Assembly (NCBI GenBank): GCA_051294375.1
Contig: CM119264.1
Span: 3,143,575 to 3,207,574, forward strand
DNA length: 64,000 nucleotides
Source: Paraspadella gotoi
Lineage: Eukaryota; Animalia; Chaetognatha
Direction of reading: 5' to 3'
This document shows, in pieces, positions 25,209 to 39,026 of the stretch (the first letter of the stretch is position 1; every line of letters begins with the position of its first letter). Made by a program: the position numbers and the translations under genes. Below the pieces are notes generated by a model. That model saw only the letters and a program-made list of their open reading frames with translations, was not told the origin of the DNA and searched no databases.

Positions 25209-25960
25209 ACAAGTTTGAGCAAACAATATCGGATCTGCCTACGATAATTAAGCGGTAATCAGCTAATCAGATGATAAATCACAATATTTTTTAAAATTTT
25301 TTTCAACTCGCATCATTTTTTCCACTCACATTATTTTTTAAACTCACATCATTTTTTCAATTTTCATCATTTTTACAATTTGCATCATTTTTTTTAACTT
25401 GCATTTTTTTTTAACTTGCATCATTTTTTTAACTTTCATCATTTTTTCAACTTGCATAATTTTTTTAACTTGCATAATTTTTTTAACTTGCATCATTTTT
25501 TTAAATTGCATCATTTTTTCATTAATTAATTAAATAATTAATAAATTAATTAAAATATTATTAGTAATCATAAATAATAAAGATTCAAGTAAATGTGACT
25601 TATGTTTTTTCCATTTATATCTAGCTTCTTCACACACTTTCCTACCCGCACACAAAATTTCATCTCAATCTATTAATTCAATTATGATTAATTCGAGTAA
25701 TTATGGGTTAAAATAAGTAGAGAGATTCAAGTAAATGTGACTCATATTTTTTTTATTTAAACTCATTTCCAATCGCACGTTTCCACCAAAACTTTATATC
25801 AAGCTTCGTCACACACTTTCCTACCCACACACAAAATTTCATCTCAATCTATCCATTCAATTATGATTAATTAAAGTAATTATTGGTTAAAGTAAGTAAA
25901 AAGATTTTAGTAAATGCGACTTATTTTTTTTCTATTTAAACTCATTTCCACTCGCGCGAT
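25209..25960 (-). mobile_element. HINE-like element, 3' part
   Basis: AACAAGTTTGAGCAAACAATATCGGATCTGCC end, 18-bp array, tandem ~190-bp core units. Closely matches 38400-38968 in inverted orientation. Confidence 0.65.
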
Positions 25961-26389
25961 TTTATGTACTATTGAAAATGTTTGAGAATAAAATAATAGA
26001 AAATAATTTTAAATATAGTACTAAAGGTTTTTTTTGTTTATATTTTTGAAGATACTTTTAACATATCTTCTCACAGCTAGTCAGTTAAATTTGCTTAAAT
26101 TTCACTCTCGCAAGAAGCGTTCCTTTTACACATGGTTACTTGATAGGTCTTATTGTTGTCTATTGAACCGCTTTTACTTTCTTATCACGCAATAACATCC
26201 ATAAGTGACCATGTGACACTCTCAGTACACATTGAAAAATATGGCACATAATCTTTCTTTTAAGTATTAACTTGTAATGATCAGTACTACAAGAGTTATT
26301 TTCATAGATTTTCTGGTCATGTGCGTGACTTGACATGTATTACACTATTACAGTGAACTTCTGAAGCGACGGATTTTGAAAAAGGAACG

Positions 26390-26716
26390 TGTGGCGGTAT
26401 ATTTACACCGCCTCACATCTACCATCGTTTAGCCAATCCCATTGGCTCAGAGGGGGAATGCGCCATCCCAAGCATTGCGTTCAATCCCCAGTCCTAATGA
26501 CTTCCCAGTGTTGGCAAAGCAAGACCATCCTCAGGTAACCGCGTTAGTGACAAGAGGCATCACTGACGATGGGCATCCTCCAAAGCCGACAGTGAGTTGC
26601 CCCATCCCAATGGGCATCACAGGCAACCCGCCTGCCTCCATACTGATTACGAACTGTGATTAGCTTACACAAAAGTCAGCGGGGGTTTTTATCATCTGCC
26701 GTATATATCACTTTCA
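26390..26716 (+). mobile_element. Putative solo LTR, family 3, with Pol III A/B boxes
   Basis: TG...CA ends with flanks AACG/ACG. 5' hairpin GGCGGT-ATATTTAC-ACCGCC, A box TGGCTCAGAGG, B box GTTCAATCC. A second copy lies inverted at 54995-55245. Confidence 0.6.
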
Positions 26717-27676
26717 ACGCATCTATTCTAAATTAAAATAAATATATTGGAACGATCGTCCCGCCATTGAATTTGCTATTTTTCATGATCCAAGTAAAAG
26801 GATAGATATAACGTCAGAGGGCAACGCCCTTATCTCCATGACATCTATTTCTAAAGTAAAAAACAAAAAAACTTTCTTTCATTTATAATTTTTAGCAAAG
26901 ATTCAATTAGTTAGTTTGCTAACTTTTTTACTAATAGGAAAGTAGAAAGTTCTTAACTGAGCTAAAAAAAAAACAAGAATGGTAATTCCAATGTGTTGCG
27001 CCACAGTGACTTTATTTTCATGTGTAATTGACTTTGATCACATGATATGACATGACGAAAAAACTTTCATGACATGCACTGCATCAAATTTATGTCTTCT
27101 ATTTTTTATAGTTTTAGGAATTCTTGCTTTAGAAGTCCCTTAGATTAGAGGTTTTTTTCTGTCTTAATAAATGAGCAACCAACTATAGGCAAATTATATG
27201 CATTTTTAATGTTAGTGGGGTTGACCAATGTACAGACATACCAAAAGACTGACAAACTAACTGACGGACTGACAGATCGACCAAAAAGTAACATGCTTCG
27301 TGACTATTAGCGGCGCAACTAAAAATGAAAAAAGAAACAGACACCCGAAATAAGTAATTTCAGAAAAAAGACGATGACGACAAGAGTTTAAGATATAAGA
27401 AGTTTAAGATATAGAGTCGCAAAAATCCTAGTCATTTTTGTCCAAGATGGAATTGTTTTTCTTTTTTTTTTTAAATATGTTTTACAAGTGGTTAATGTTG
27501 TAACTGTTGGTTAGACACAAATATTATCTTGGTCATCCTGATTTTTTTGTTGGAACATATTTGCTGGATTTGAGTCGTCAATTTTGTTATTATTTGTGTT
27601 TTCTTATCTGTTTTTGTTTTGGCAGTAATAACAGTATAACTAATTCAATTTTTAAAAACTTATTGTATAATTAGAT

Positions 27677-27920
27677 AGAGATTACACATGGGAGTAAAGG
27701 TACAGTATTTTTATTTATGACCAATATTTTGATCCATTGGACAGATCATCTTCAGGGCCAAATGAGTAAGTTAATAGACAGAGCAAAAAAAGAAGAGAGA
27801 GGGAGAGAGGAGAGAGAGTGACCAAAATCAGGGATTAATCCCTGAAGATGATCTGTCCAATGGATCGAAATATTGGTCATAAATAAAAATACTGTACCTG
27901 TACTACCATGTGTAATCTCT
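27677..27920. mobile_element. Inverted repeat of a second Penelope-type hammerhead-bearing terminus
   Basis: 80-bp arms 27677-27757 and 27840-27920. Each contains CTGAAGA-t-GATC-tgtccaatg-GATC-(G/A)AAA-TATT, with GAAA intact only in the right arm. Confidence 0.55.
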
Positions 27921-28389
27921 AATTCATTATCTTGGTACATGCAATGACTCTCAAAGAATTTTTGTATAATATTACGCATTATTAGTTCTGTGGACCAGTA
28001 GAACATCTTATTCATTCACGTCTGTTTAAAAGTCCATGTAAAAAGGAAAATTGACAAAACTGCCAGACATTAAATGTGAATCCAATAAAAATCTAATCCC
28101 TGCATACAAAAATTTATCCCTGAGTCACAAGGTTGCTATAAATGAATTCGCAATGCTTGAATTCTTGATAAATTGCTTTTTTTTTCCTTCTTTCTTTAAG
28201 GCATTTTCCTGCCTCTGAACATTAACTATTTTTCTTACTAGCCTTCTTTCTTTCATTCTTGATAACTTGCTTTTATGGAGGTCCATGACATAGAGAGGAG
28301 GGAGACATTTATTATGAATGAGGTAAAACATTTGAGAGACATAACAGTGAAAATGTTGAAACATAGGCAATAACGTGATGTGTATAGTT

Positions 28390-28550
28390 TGAAGGTTGAA
28401 ACAGTTGTCTCTCATGGCTTCGGCCACGATGGAAGAAACCTGTTAAAGCCCGGGACGATGAGACCAATGACCTGAGGTCTGAGGTCATGTGGTTGTTGAG
28501 GGAAAAGAGAGAGAGAGAGTTGAGCTAGCTCGGCCTCATCCCACCCTCAA
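28390..28550 (-). mobile_element. PPT plus short LTR-like segment (TGAGGC...TTCA)
   Basis: Minus strand ACTTGAGGGTGGGA|TGAGGCCGAG resembles ACTTGAGGGGGGGGA|TGAGGCGAC at 48392-48414. Absent from the paralogous site near 13220. Confidence 0.4.
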
Positions 28551-29296
28551 GTCGCATCTCCAGAAAGAGGCACTCTGGTGTCATATCAATGAAGATTTGC
28601 TGACAGGTGATCTTGCACCAAAGAGATGATGCTGATGTACGAAATTATTTAAATCCAAATCCATGAGCTGAGGAATTAAAAGAGAATGATAGCCTCGGGA
28701 GTTTCAGCGGCATCTGTGGCGTTTGCAGCCATCCATCATGCAGTGGAGTTGCAGCTGGAACTTGAAAACATTGCGCTGGCCTTTCCACAGATGTAATGTT
28801 TATCGATTTCGTGGACATTTTTTTATAAGATTTCATAGACGTTTCATTGCACTGAATTTTTAAAAGTTTCTCTCTCTCTATTTATCTGATTGATTGATTG
28901 ATTGATGGTTAATTTGGATAAATGATTGATAAATTTTTTAATTGATTAATTTAGAAATCTGTTAATCATAATGTTATGATCTAGTTATGATTAGTAATGT
29001 TTCTCTCTCTATTTATTTATGGATTTTCTTGTCACATTCGTCGCACATTCCATCTGATTAGCTACTTACTGCTAAATTATTGTAGGCAGATCTGACATTT
29101 TTTGCTCAAACTTGTAAAATCTAATAATAAACAGGAAACTTGATCTTTTATGACCTTAACCTGGTGGATGACAGTGTTCCATTCAACATCTTTGTAAAAA
29201 ATATTGGGTAAATACTTAATCTTTAAAATATTTTAGTGCTAAATAAACAAGTAAGGGAATGATAGGGCTATTAACACTGACAGAGGGGCTGGGCAG

Positions 29297-29852
29297 TAGG
29301 CTGAAACAGGTTGAAAACTAGAAGTTCTCTCAAATGAATAATGGTAAAGTGACTGTTAGAGAATATAAAAAAAAATTATTTTAAAAAATTATTTCAGTAA
29401 TAATTAAAAAGATTTTTTTAATTTTTTTGGATAGATTCTGATAGAGCTTTAAAAGTTAGATAAAGGTTATTAATACAAATTTTTAAAATTTTTTGGTTTT
29501 ATTGATAAAAAATTTTAAAAACCCATAAAATTCAGCCAATGATGATGATGATAATGAAATTTTAACGTTTTTTGGGTTTTTAACCAATTTCTTGTCAAAA
29601 TTTTAAAAAATTGTAGTACTAACTTTCATTTAACTTTTCAAGCTTTATAAGAATCCGTTCTTAAAAAATAATTAAAAAAAAAAAAATTTTATCATTTGTC
29701 ATATATTAATAAATATTTAAAAGCTTCAGTGCAACAACCCAATGAACTAATTCAAAAAGTTGCCTTGAAAATCGATTTAGTAATAGAAGGAAAAAAAAAT
29801 TTTTCTGAAAGAATTAGAAGTTATAAAAAGTGTTCAACTTTGGCCCACCTTA
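29297..29852. mobile_element. hAT-like MITE with 8-bp TSD CTGGGCAG
   Basis: CTGGGCAG at 29289-29296 and 29853-29860. The inverted paralog carries a single CTGCCCAG at ~10933-10940 (empty site). Confidence 0.8.
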
Positions 29853-31047
29853 CTGGGCAGCCTATTCACTTTTTAATAGAGTTCAATGAAAGTCTTAAAC
29901 AAAAGAGAGATTCATGTTTTTTTCTTAATATATTTAACTTGTTATTATTTTTAAAAGCTTTGTTATAATTCTTTAATCATTCATATTAGTCTAAACTATT
30001 ATATTAAATGGTTGTTATAGATAAAAACAAAATTTAAGCACAAAATCTTAATAAAATGATCTGTCGCCGGCAGCTAATTTGCATATTTTGATTTTTCCAA
30101 ACTGCGGCCAACAAACTGAACAAATTGGAAAAAAAGTAGTAAACCATGTTTAGTAATAGAAAATGCAACTTATTGCCGAGTACAGTTTCAAAATTTGGAC
30201 TTGACCTAAATAGCCCCCATCTAATTTATATACATAAATTCATTATATATGACTAGCTTTAATTCATTTTACACTATTGTCACTTGCCTTATAACAGATA
30301 TTGTATGTTGCTAATTTCCAGGTCATCAAAATCCTAAATTTCTTTATATCTTAACATGGAGAATCAAAAATCATAATGGCCGCTTTGGTTATTGTTCTTT
30401 CTCAGCATTTTTGACACATCACTGATTTGTTAACAATGATCAGATTCTACCAAAGAGAATTTTTCATGGAGCAACTCGTTGGAATTGCTATGGGCATCGT
30501 GCTTTTTGTTCACAACAGCGTTTCTGGTGGGCGAATCTGGCGAACATTATCCACCAATCAATCATTGTATCCACGACTCAGTTCTGGCATTTGGAGAAAA
30601 TTTGGAACTTGTGGTCTATGCGTCTTTGGACTTGGAAATGTTTTATTTTATTTGGATGAGCGTCTTGACCACTACAAACATCGCAATGCCCAGTCTGCAA
30701 TATTGATGTCATCAAAAATGTCCTTCATCACATCCCTTGATTTTCTGCACATCTTCTTTGAATCTTTTCCTCAATTTTTGCTTCAGGCTTTAGCAATTAT
30801 TTTGGCCTTGACAAGTGGAACCACTGAGCAGTGTTTTCGAGTACTCGGGTAAATCAGTATTTGGAAATATACATATACGAAAAAAAGTTCAACACATTTT
30901 TTATACTATAAACATTGAGTTGACCTTTTTTTCATTGCGTTTTTAGATTTACTAAATGTTTTTTAGATTTTTAGATTTTTTAGATTTCCTAGAGAAAAAA
31001 CCCTAAGTTTCCTAAGTAGTTAACATACAACAATTTTTTTATTGAAA

Positions 31048-31097
<50 letters not shown>

Positions 31098-31398
31098 CAA
31101 GGTGTTGCACCACATTACTTCTCTTTTTACTTTTCAACTCGCATCATTTTTTCAACTCGCATCATTTTTTCAACTTGCATCATTATTTGAACTCGCATCA
31201 TTATTTGAACTCGCATCATTATTTCAACTCGCATCATTATTTCAACTCGCATCATTATTTCAACTCGCATCATTATTTCAACTCGCATCTTTATTTCAAC
31301 TCGCATCTTTATTTCAACTCGCATCATTTTTTCAACATGACAATTCCATCTAGAGAAAAACAAAGTTTTTATTAGTTTTCAACGAATTTGTTTTTATT

Positions 31399-31444
31399 AA
31401 ACAGACATGTTTCGGCTTTGGTATTCAAGCCTTCTTCAGTGTTT
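31399..31444 (-). ncRNA. Intact minimal type I hammerhead ribozyme (Penelope-associated type)
   Basis: Minus strand AAACA-CUGAAGA-a-GGCU-ugaauaccaa-AGCC-GAAA-CAUG-UC^UGUUU. Stem I covaries with the 19874 copy (AACG/CGUU vs AACA/UGUU). Confidence 0.8.
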
Positions 31445-31483
31445 TTAGTTTGTGAATTGGACAAAATATTGTGCAAAAGAAGA

Positions 31484-31527
<44 letters not shown>

Positions 31528-32901
31528 GAGTTAAAGTTTCCAACAAAGTGGTGAGACAGAATAGTGGTCAGAGGTGAGGACAGGGTAAGTTGAACACAGA
31601 TTGAGTGAGTTTTTGAAAAAGAAATGAAATTTGTTAGAGAGAAAGAGAGAGAGAGAGATTGACTCAACAGGGATAAATAAATAATTAAAATATACATTGT
31701 GCAATGTACAACAGTGATAAATGTTTAAAAACTGAAAAAGATTGGTGAGAATTTTTAACAATTGTAAAAGAGTGAATAAATAATTCAATATATGTACTAA
31801 TTAGCTAAAAAGAAAATTTGGTGAAATGTGAAATTGAAAAGTGAAAGAAAGTTTAGTTTATATTTTAATGCTATATAAGAACCTAAGAAACTGAAATTTA
31901 AGGAGTAAGAAAGAGCTCAAAATGAGCTGGCCCCCCTTGGTTGTGCAAAGGAAGGACATAGGGGATGGTGACGGGTCATTGGCGCGTCAATGGCTGAGAG
32001 GAGAGTGTGACCGAACTTGTAAGTGTTGGAGTGGGGACTGAGCCAGAAGGAAAGATCCCCAGGGCCACTCTTATGTCTCTTTGGCCTGATACGCCTGCCG
32101 ACTGCCCTCGTCTCGCCTGCTGGCGAGGTGGGCGGTTGTCCGTTCTTGCCGCTTTAGCGACAGGAGTGGTGGACTCCTCTCCCTCCTCCTGAAGCGGTCG
32201 TTTTGGGCGACGCCCAGTCACCAGAGAAAGGGACTGAGTTGCTGCATTTGAGGGAGAGGCCTCGCCTGTCGATTGCTTTGTTTTTCTCTAAATCATTTAC
32301 AACGAAAATAAAGGATTATCACATAATGACAATTCCATCAAAACTTAATATCACACACTTTCCAACCCACACACAAAATTTCATTCCAATTCAACACCCC
32401 AATCATGAGTAATTGGAGTTTTTTGCTAAGGGGATCGGATGGATGGACAGACGGACGGACATCATTTTTTTGCATAATTTATCATAATTTGAAGTTCTGA
32501 CATGATCAAAGTGAATGCCCGACAAGATTGGGGGGGTGGACCAACGGACCGACAAAGTGAATTATAGAGTCGGGATCTGCTTACTAATTTTTTTTGGTAT
32601 TTTATTCTTACAATTTTTGTTACATATGGTTAAAACATAGCTCATTTAAAAGATAAAAAAACTAAATTACTTAAATATAATACTTTTTATTTTTAACTTT
32701 TTAATTTATGAATCCAAAGATATACAATAAAAGTTATCATATTAGTTTTTTCTTTCAAGGTATATTATATGCCTGAAAGGAATAACCAAACTTGGGTATC
32801 CTGTCAATCTTTTTATATTAAGGTCGGACTAAGTGATAGACAAAAAACATTGGATAAGTTCAGGGTTTGAAAAAGGACTGGCCAGGAATAATGAGGATTA
32901 A

Positions 32902-34104
32902 GGCGTAGTAAAATTTCTAAATTTAACTTTAATTAAAATTCTAAAAGTGAGGAACGAACAACATTATATTAATGAACATTTATGTAATAAAAAAAATTAT
33001 AATAAATTTTACTATTTACGCAGTAGGCCATATTTATACTAGTACTAAATCAATAAATGTTAAAATTTTAAAACGGTTTTTTCTAAGTTTTTTTTACAGA
33101 TTTGGATTCGTCATAAAAAGTTGATAAAAAGAAATATAACTCTTTATGAAAAATTCCTTCATTAAGTGGGTCAAAAATTAGAAAAAGCTATATTTTAAAC
33201 TGAAAATTAAATTTTTATATATTAAATATAGTTTTTTTAATTTTTAAACCACTTAATGAAAGAATTTTTAAAATGATTTATATTTTCTTTTATCAACTTT
33301 TGACGAGAAATTCAAATCTGCAATCAAAATTAAGAAAAGCTTATTTTGAAATTTTTCGATTTTATAAGGATAGTACTACTATCTAGGAAAAAAGTTAGAA
33401 ACATTTTTTTTTTAAAAGTTCATTTATTCAATAAAAAATATACAAAACATGGGTAAAACATTCTCAATATTTGGTATGCCCTCCCTCGCATCGACCACTG
33501 CCTGCATTCGTCTGGGCATGCTCTCGTAAAGCGAATTGAGGTACGAAGGTGAAATGTTTTTCCACACCTTTAGCGCAATTCTTTTCAGCCCGATGTTGAT
33601 GTTGCGCGTTCTCGACTTTGCATCTTTTTCATCTGCGACAAAGAGATTCAATTGGATTGAGATCGGGGGAGTTCCCCGGCCAACCAGAGAATAAGTTGAT
33701 ATGATGATTGGCATGCCACTGCTTCGTCGTAGCGGCTCTATGCGCAGGAGCTCCGTCTTCCATAAAGCGATAGGATTTTTTTCCGCCATTTTTCACTTGA
33801 GGTAGCAATCTTATTTTGCCTCTAACTTCTATACGGTTGGATCTACGAAAAATGGAAGGAAGCAACTGAAAGGAAATTTAGTGTAGAATCTGAAACATCC
33901 TGATTTTTTAAAAATCGAGCAAGTTTTCGAGTAGATATCCTCAATTAAAATGTTTCTAACTTTTTTCCTAGATAGTATATATAAATATAGCCTACTGCGA
34001 AAATTAAAAAACATAAAATTAATTTTTTTACAAATTAATGTTCACTGATGGTATGTTGTTCATAATTGACTTTTAGAATTTTCGTATGTAACTTTCACTA
34101 CGCC
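32902..34104. mobile_element. Kolobok-like MITE (TTAA TSD, GG...CC ends) hosting a nested Tc1 element
   Basis: TTAA|GGCGTAGT ... ACTACGCC|TTAA. Related pieces at ~13020-13222 and ~19420-20535. Confidence 0.6.
33379..33975 (-). mobile_element. Internally deleted Tc1-like transposon with transposase C-terminal remnant
   Basis: TIRs CTATCTAGGAAAAAAGTTAGAAACATTTT with TA TSD. Frameshifted peptide FMEDGAPAH...WPGNSPDLNPIE...LYESMPRRMQAVV carries the Tc1 D(34)E motifs. Confidence 0.9.
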
Positions 34105-34299
34105 TTAATGAGGATATAATAAGCTTTCCCACTCACCCTGAATGAACCTCAATAAAAACCCTAACTCTAATTAATTTATCTTACTTACGATCTTACATAA
34201 TTTATAGCCTAACCTCTTATGCCAAGCTGAAACCTTAACGCTATTTTTGTTTATTTCTGAGCTTCACCCAAACCCTAGGTTATATTTTATTCAAATAAC

Positions 34300-35250
34300 A
34301 AAGTCGCTGGCGATTCACGTCTGAGTCACAATTGTGGTTTTAGTTAGTTGGCGACTTTACTATGGCAATATCGCCAAAACCCTGGTGGTGTCGCCACTGG
34401 TGACCTCGCCAATAATAAAAGTAATGAATATAATGAAAGGCGCGAGTTAAAGGAAAAGCTTGCGGCTGAAGTTGAGACATGGGGATAAATACATCACCTG
34501 CAAGCCTTTCCCTCATAACAAAACCCTAACCCAAGTCTCCAGTACATCTCCGTGCTTTTCCCCCAACCCTAACCCTAAACCGGGCTAGGCATCCCGTACA
34601 TTTCCATGCCTCAACCCTAACCACCTTCGATGCGCCAACCATGGGCTTTCCTAACCTTCACCCTTACTCGGTCCTCCGGTTTAACTCCATTCCTCTCCCC
34701 CAACCCTAACCCAAGCCCTGGCCTCCAGTACATCTCCTTGCCTTGATCCAACGCTAAGCGCCTTCAATGCATCAACCACTGGCTTCTCCCCCAACCCTAA
34801 CTCGGGCCTCCCATTCAACTCTGTGCCTCTCTCCCAACTCTAACCCTAACCCGAGCTTCCCATATATCTCTGTGCCTCAACCCTAACCCTAACCGCCTTC
34901 GATGCATCAACAGTGGGCCTCTCCCCCAACCCTAACCCGGGCCTCCCATTCAACTCCATGCCTCTCTCCTAACCTTAACCTTAACCCAGGACCGGGACTC
35001 CCTTATATTTCCGTACCTCAACTTTAATCCCTAATGTCCATTGCCAGTACCTTCCCTAACCCTAATGCCGGCTTTCTGTTTATCTTAACCTTAAAATTCA
35101 TATTAACCTTAACCCTAACCCTAAACTACTCAACCCTAACTCCAATTACTACCAACTCAACCCTAAACCAAACCAACCCTAATCTAACCTTAATCTAACC
35201 CTAAACTACCTCAACCCCAACCCTAACCAAGTAACCATAATCTGAGTTTT
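34300..35250 (-). mobile_element. Element filled with degenerate (TAACCC)n higher-order repeats; inverted relative of 59646-60790
   Basis: Shared non-telomeric end (GTCGCTGGCGATTCACG...TTGGCGAC...ATCGCCA) and interspersed CCCTAACCCTAA units. Confidence 0.65.
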
Positions 35251-36922
35251 AAGTAAAATCACCATAATGAGAATGCTAAATGTAATTTAGAGTTAAATTA
35301 CCAAATAGTGAGGATGTTATAAAAAAATAAAACAAGTTTTGCTTATTATTTTAATATTTTTACAAATAATTTTAATTATATAATATATTTTTTAATAATA
35401 AAATAAAGGCACTTTTTTCAAAGAAGCCCCCTTGCTGCGGCTCCTGAAGTAGCGGACTCAAACACATGCACAAAACACATATCTTTTGCTGCTTCCATCG
35501 TCGCTTTATGCGCCACTCCTTTTGTCGTCGCTCGCACCGTTGCTACTGCTTCCTACATTGTTCAAATTGTCGTCGTTTCTGTTGATCACGATCCCAGAAA
35601 GACAGAGAGAGAGAGAGAGAAAGAAGCTGAACAGACGCTTTGCAGAGCCGGAACTCGTTTACTTGTCGCCTAGTGACTGGTGGTGAAAAAAAAAGTGACT
35701 AATTTTTTTTTTTGTAAAAAAAAGAGATAGAGAGAGAGAGTGAGAGAGAAAGAGAGAGAGAGAGAGAGAAAAGAGAGAGAGAGAGAGAGAGAACGATGAG
35801 AGAGAGAGAGCCGGAACTCGTTTACTCGTCGCCTTGTGACGGTGTGTGAAAAAAAAGTGAATAATTTTTTTTTTGGTAAAAAAAAAATAGAGAGAGAGAT
35901 AGAGAGAAAGAGAGAGAGAGAGGAGACGGAGGGAGAGACAGAGAGAGCCTGAACTCGTTTTTAAACGATTCAGAAAAGGCAGCGCCTGATCAAATATATA
36001 TTTTTTTGAGAAAGAAAAAAATAATCAGAATTTTTCAAAAAACGAACGATCACGCAAGAGATCGTACAGAGAGAGACAGACGCACACAGAGAGAGACAGA
36101 GAGAGACTGAGAGAGACTGAGAGAGGGAGACGGAGGGAGAGAGAGAGAGAGAGACCCTGAACTCGTTTTTATTAACGATTCAGAAAAGGCAGCGCCTGAT
36201 AAAAAAATATATATAATTAAAAAATAAATAAAAGAAAGGCAAAAAATGTTACAATGGTTTACAATTGGAAATTTTTACAATTTTTCTAATCATAGGTTGT
36301 TAACGATTTTATTTTTATTTGTATTAAAATTAAGATATAGCTTCTCATTAAAAAGTTCCTTTGAGTTCCCATTTTTATTATAGATTTAAAAAAAAATTTT
36401 TGAATTTCATCTTCAATATTATATACTGCAATATGTAAATTAGATTAAAGCATTTCTATATACTAATTTGGATATTATAATGAGTACTATAATCTCATTT
36501 GCATATTGCAGTAAATCATAATGAAGTGAAAATTCAAACAAAAAATACTTAAATCCAAATGTAATGAGAAAATATCAAAGCTATTTCAAGATGAGAAGCC
36601 ATATCTAAATTTTTAACTTACTATGATCGCACACTTTTGTAAAACTTTATCATAATTCATAATAATTTTTATTTAAAAAAAAAAGGTAAGTCACAGCCAA
36701 ACCTATAAAAGCGTAGTAGTTTTTATATAAAAACAGCGTGACGCCGACGACGACGACGACTACGTCACAAAGAAGCTCACCCGAAACAAAATCAAGCCTG
36801 AACCGGCTTAGCCGGTCATGGCTTGATAATAAATATTAAATATAAGCAATATATAAATTATATAATTTAAAGAATATAATAGGAATATTTAATTTCATAA
36901 ATTTTAATTATTTACATAGTAT

Positions 36923-37037
36923 TGGAGCCGGAGCCAAGTTGAAATTTTTGCTTGAGCCAGAGCCGGAGCTAGAGCCGGAAAAAATTTTGGCCTGGAGCTG
37001 GAGCTCAGACAAAATTAGGTCGGCTCCACATCCCTGT
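36923..37037 (-). mobile_element. End of a (GGAGCC)n-rich MITE
   Basis: TACAGGGATGTGGAGCCG... followed by GGCTCC/GGAGCC repeats. Absent at the equivalent intron position in copy A. Confidence 0.45.
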
Positions 37038-38148
37038 AGCGATGGTATTATTTAGGATGTTAAGATATTTTCAGTTTTTATAAAAACTCTTTCTTTTTCA
37101 TTTAGAAAAAAATTTATTTTGTACAAAATTGGAAATAATGGAACATTTACCCAAACGTCCAAACCCTGCACCTGCAATAGAAAATCCTGCAGGTGGGAGA
37201 TTAATGAATACAATACTATCATCTCTTTTGGTCTGTCAAGTATCAGCTTAGCCTCTTTTGCTGTTAAATCTCGTGATGAACTGGCATCATTTGTTGGAAT
37301 AATTGGCCTCATAGAAAGTTGCATTGGTCTTGTTTTAAATATTTATTTGATATATGTTTGGACCCTAAAGACATCAATCTGGTTTGCAATTTTGTCACCA
37401 TTTGCACTCCTAAGGATTTTTACTTTTTCAGAGTTGAGAGATTATCTGTCCAGATTGTTTGGGCGAGATTCTCTAAAAAAGAAACAGATATCATTTGCCC
37501 AATATTTTATAAGGATCTCAATGTCAGTTCTGGTAGTCTCCATTTTTCTTAATGAAGATACACGCATCACTGTAAATTTATTTTCAAAGAGAGTCAACTT
37601 GAGGAAGAGTGTATCTTATAAAGGTAAAGACCATTGGGCTCAATCTCCAAAAATCATTTATTTTAAAAAAATTTACATGCTTGGTCCTCATATTCAAAAT
37701 GTATGTTACAAGAAAATTGGTATAATTGATCATAAAAGATGGGAAAAAATTATAACTGCTGACATTATGGTATCATTACGACAATACTTGGCAACTCACC
37801 CAAAAAACAGGTAACATTTTGAAAATTTAGTCTGATTTTTGTACTGCTTATTGCATAAATAAAATTTTCATTAATGACTTTCTAACAGAAATGATGTGTG
37901 ATATCTATTAGAAAACTAGGACAGATAGTAATCTAACCTTGTGTTGTATAGATGCTCCCTCTATTTCCAGAAGACAACACTGACTTCCCCTTCCCAAATT
38001 GAATTATTAGATAAATAAATCATTTTTAAGAAAGAAAGCAATATATATTTGATTAAATAATAAGATTAAATACTAAATCCTTCATAAAATATAAAAATAG
38101 AAAATAGTGAAACAAGTAATTTGCAAATTTTCATAAATAAATGATTAA

Positions 38149-38968
38149 TTTTTAGTCGGATCTGCTTTCAGCAGATCCCGACTCTATGATTCACCTTGTC
38201 GGTCCGTCGGCCCGCCCCTTCAATATTGTCGGGCAATCACTTACATCATGTCAGAACATCGAATTATGATAAATTATGCAAAAAAAAATGATGTCCGTCT
38301 GTCCTACCTTAGCAAAAAGCTCCATTAACTCGTGATTGGGTGGTTGGATTGTAATAAAATTTTGTGTGTGGGTGGGAAAGTGTGTGACGAAGTTTGATAT
38401 AAAGTTTCGGTGGAAACGTGCAAGTGGAAATGAGTTTAAATGAAAAAAATATGAGTCACATTTACTTGAATCTTTTTACTTATTTTAACCTATAATTACT
38501 CGAATTAATCATAATTGAATTAATAGATTGAGATTAAATTTTGTGTGCGGGTAGGAAAGTGTGTGAAGAAGCTAGATATAAAGTTTTGACGGAATCGTGC
38601 CAGTGGAAATGAGTTTAAATGGAAAAAACATAAGTCACATTTGCTTGAATTTTTATTATTTATGATTACTAATAAATGTTTTAATTAATTAATTAATTAA
38701 TGTGAAATATTGATGCAATTAAAAAAATGATGCAAGTTTAAAAAATGATGCAAGTTGAAAAAATGATGCAAGTTAAAAAAATGATACAAGTTAAAAAAAT
38801 TACGCGAATTGTAAAAATGATGCAAATTGAAAAAATTATGTGAGTTGAAAAATGATGTGAGTGGAAAAAATGATGCGAGTTAAAAAAAATTTTAAAAAAT
38901 ATTGTGATTTATCATCTGATTAGCTGATTACCGCTTAATTATCGTAGGCAGATTTGCTCAAACTTGTT
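38149..38968 (+). mobile_element. HINE-like element, full length
   Basis: TTTTAGTCGGATCTGCTTTCAGCAGATCCCGACT start; ...GGCAGATTTGCTCAAACTTGTTT end. Confidence 0.72.
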
Positions 38969-39026
38969 TTGTTTTTTGCTCTGTTGCACTTTTTAAAAAA
39001 AGAATAGTTCAGGTAATGTCCTTTAA

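Noticed and set aside
31042-31375. Poly-Tyr and (FQLASL)n ORFs
   Set aside because: Produced by a (TAT)n microsatellite and the 18-bp HINE minisatellite within an intron.
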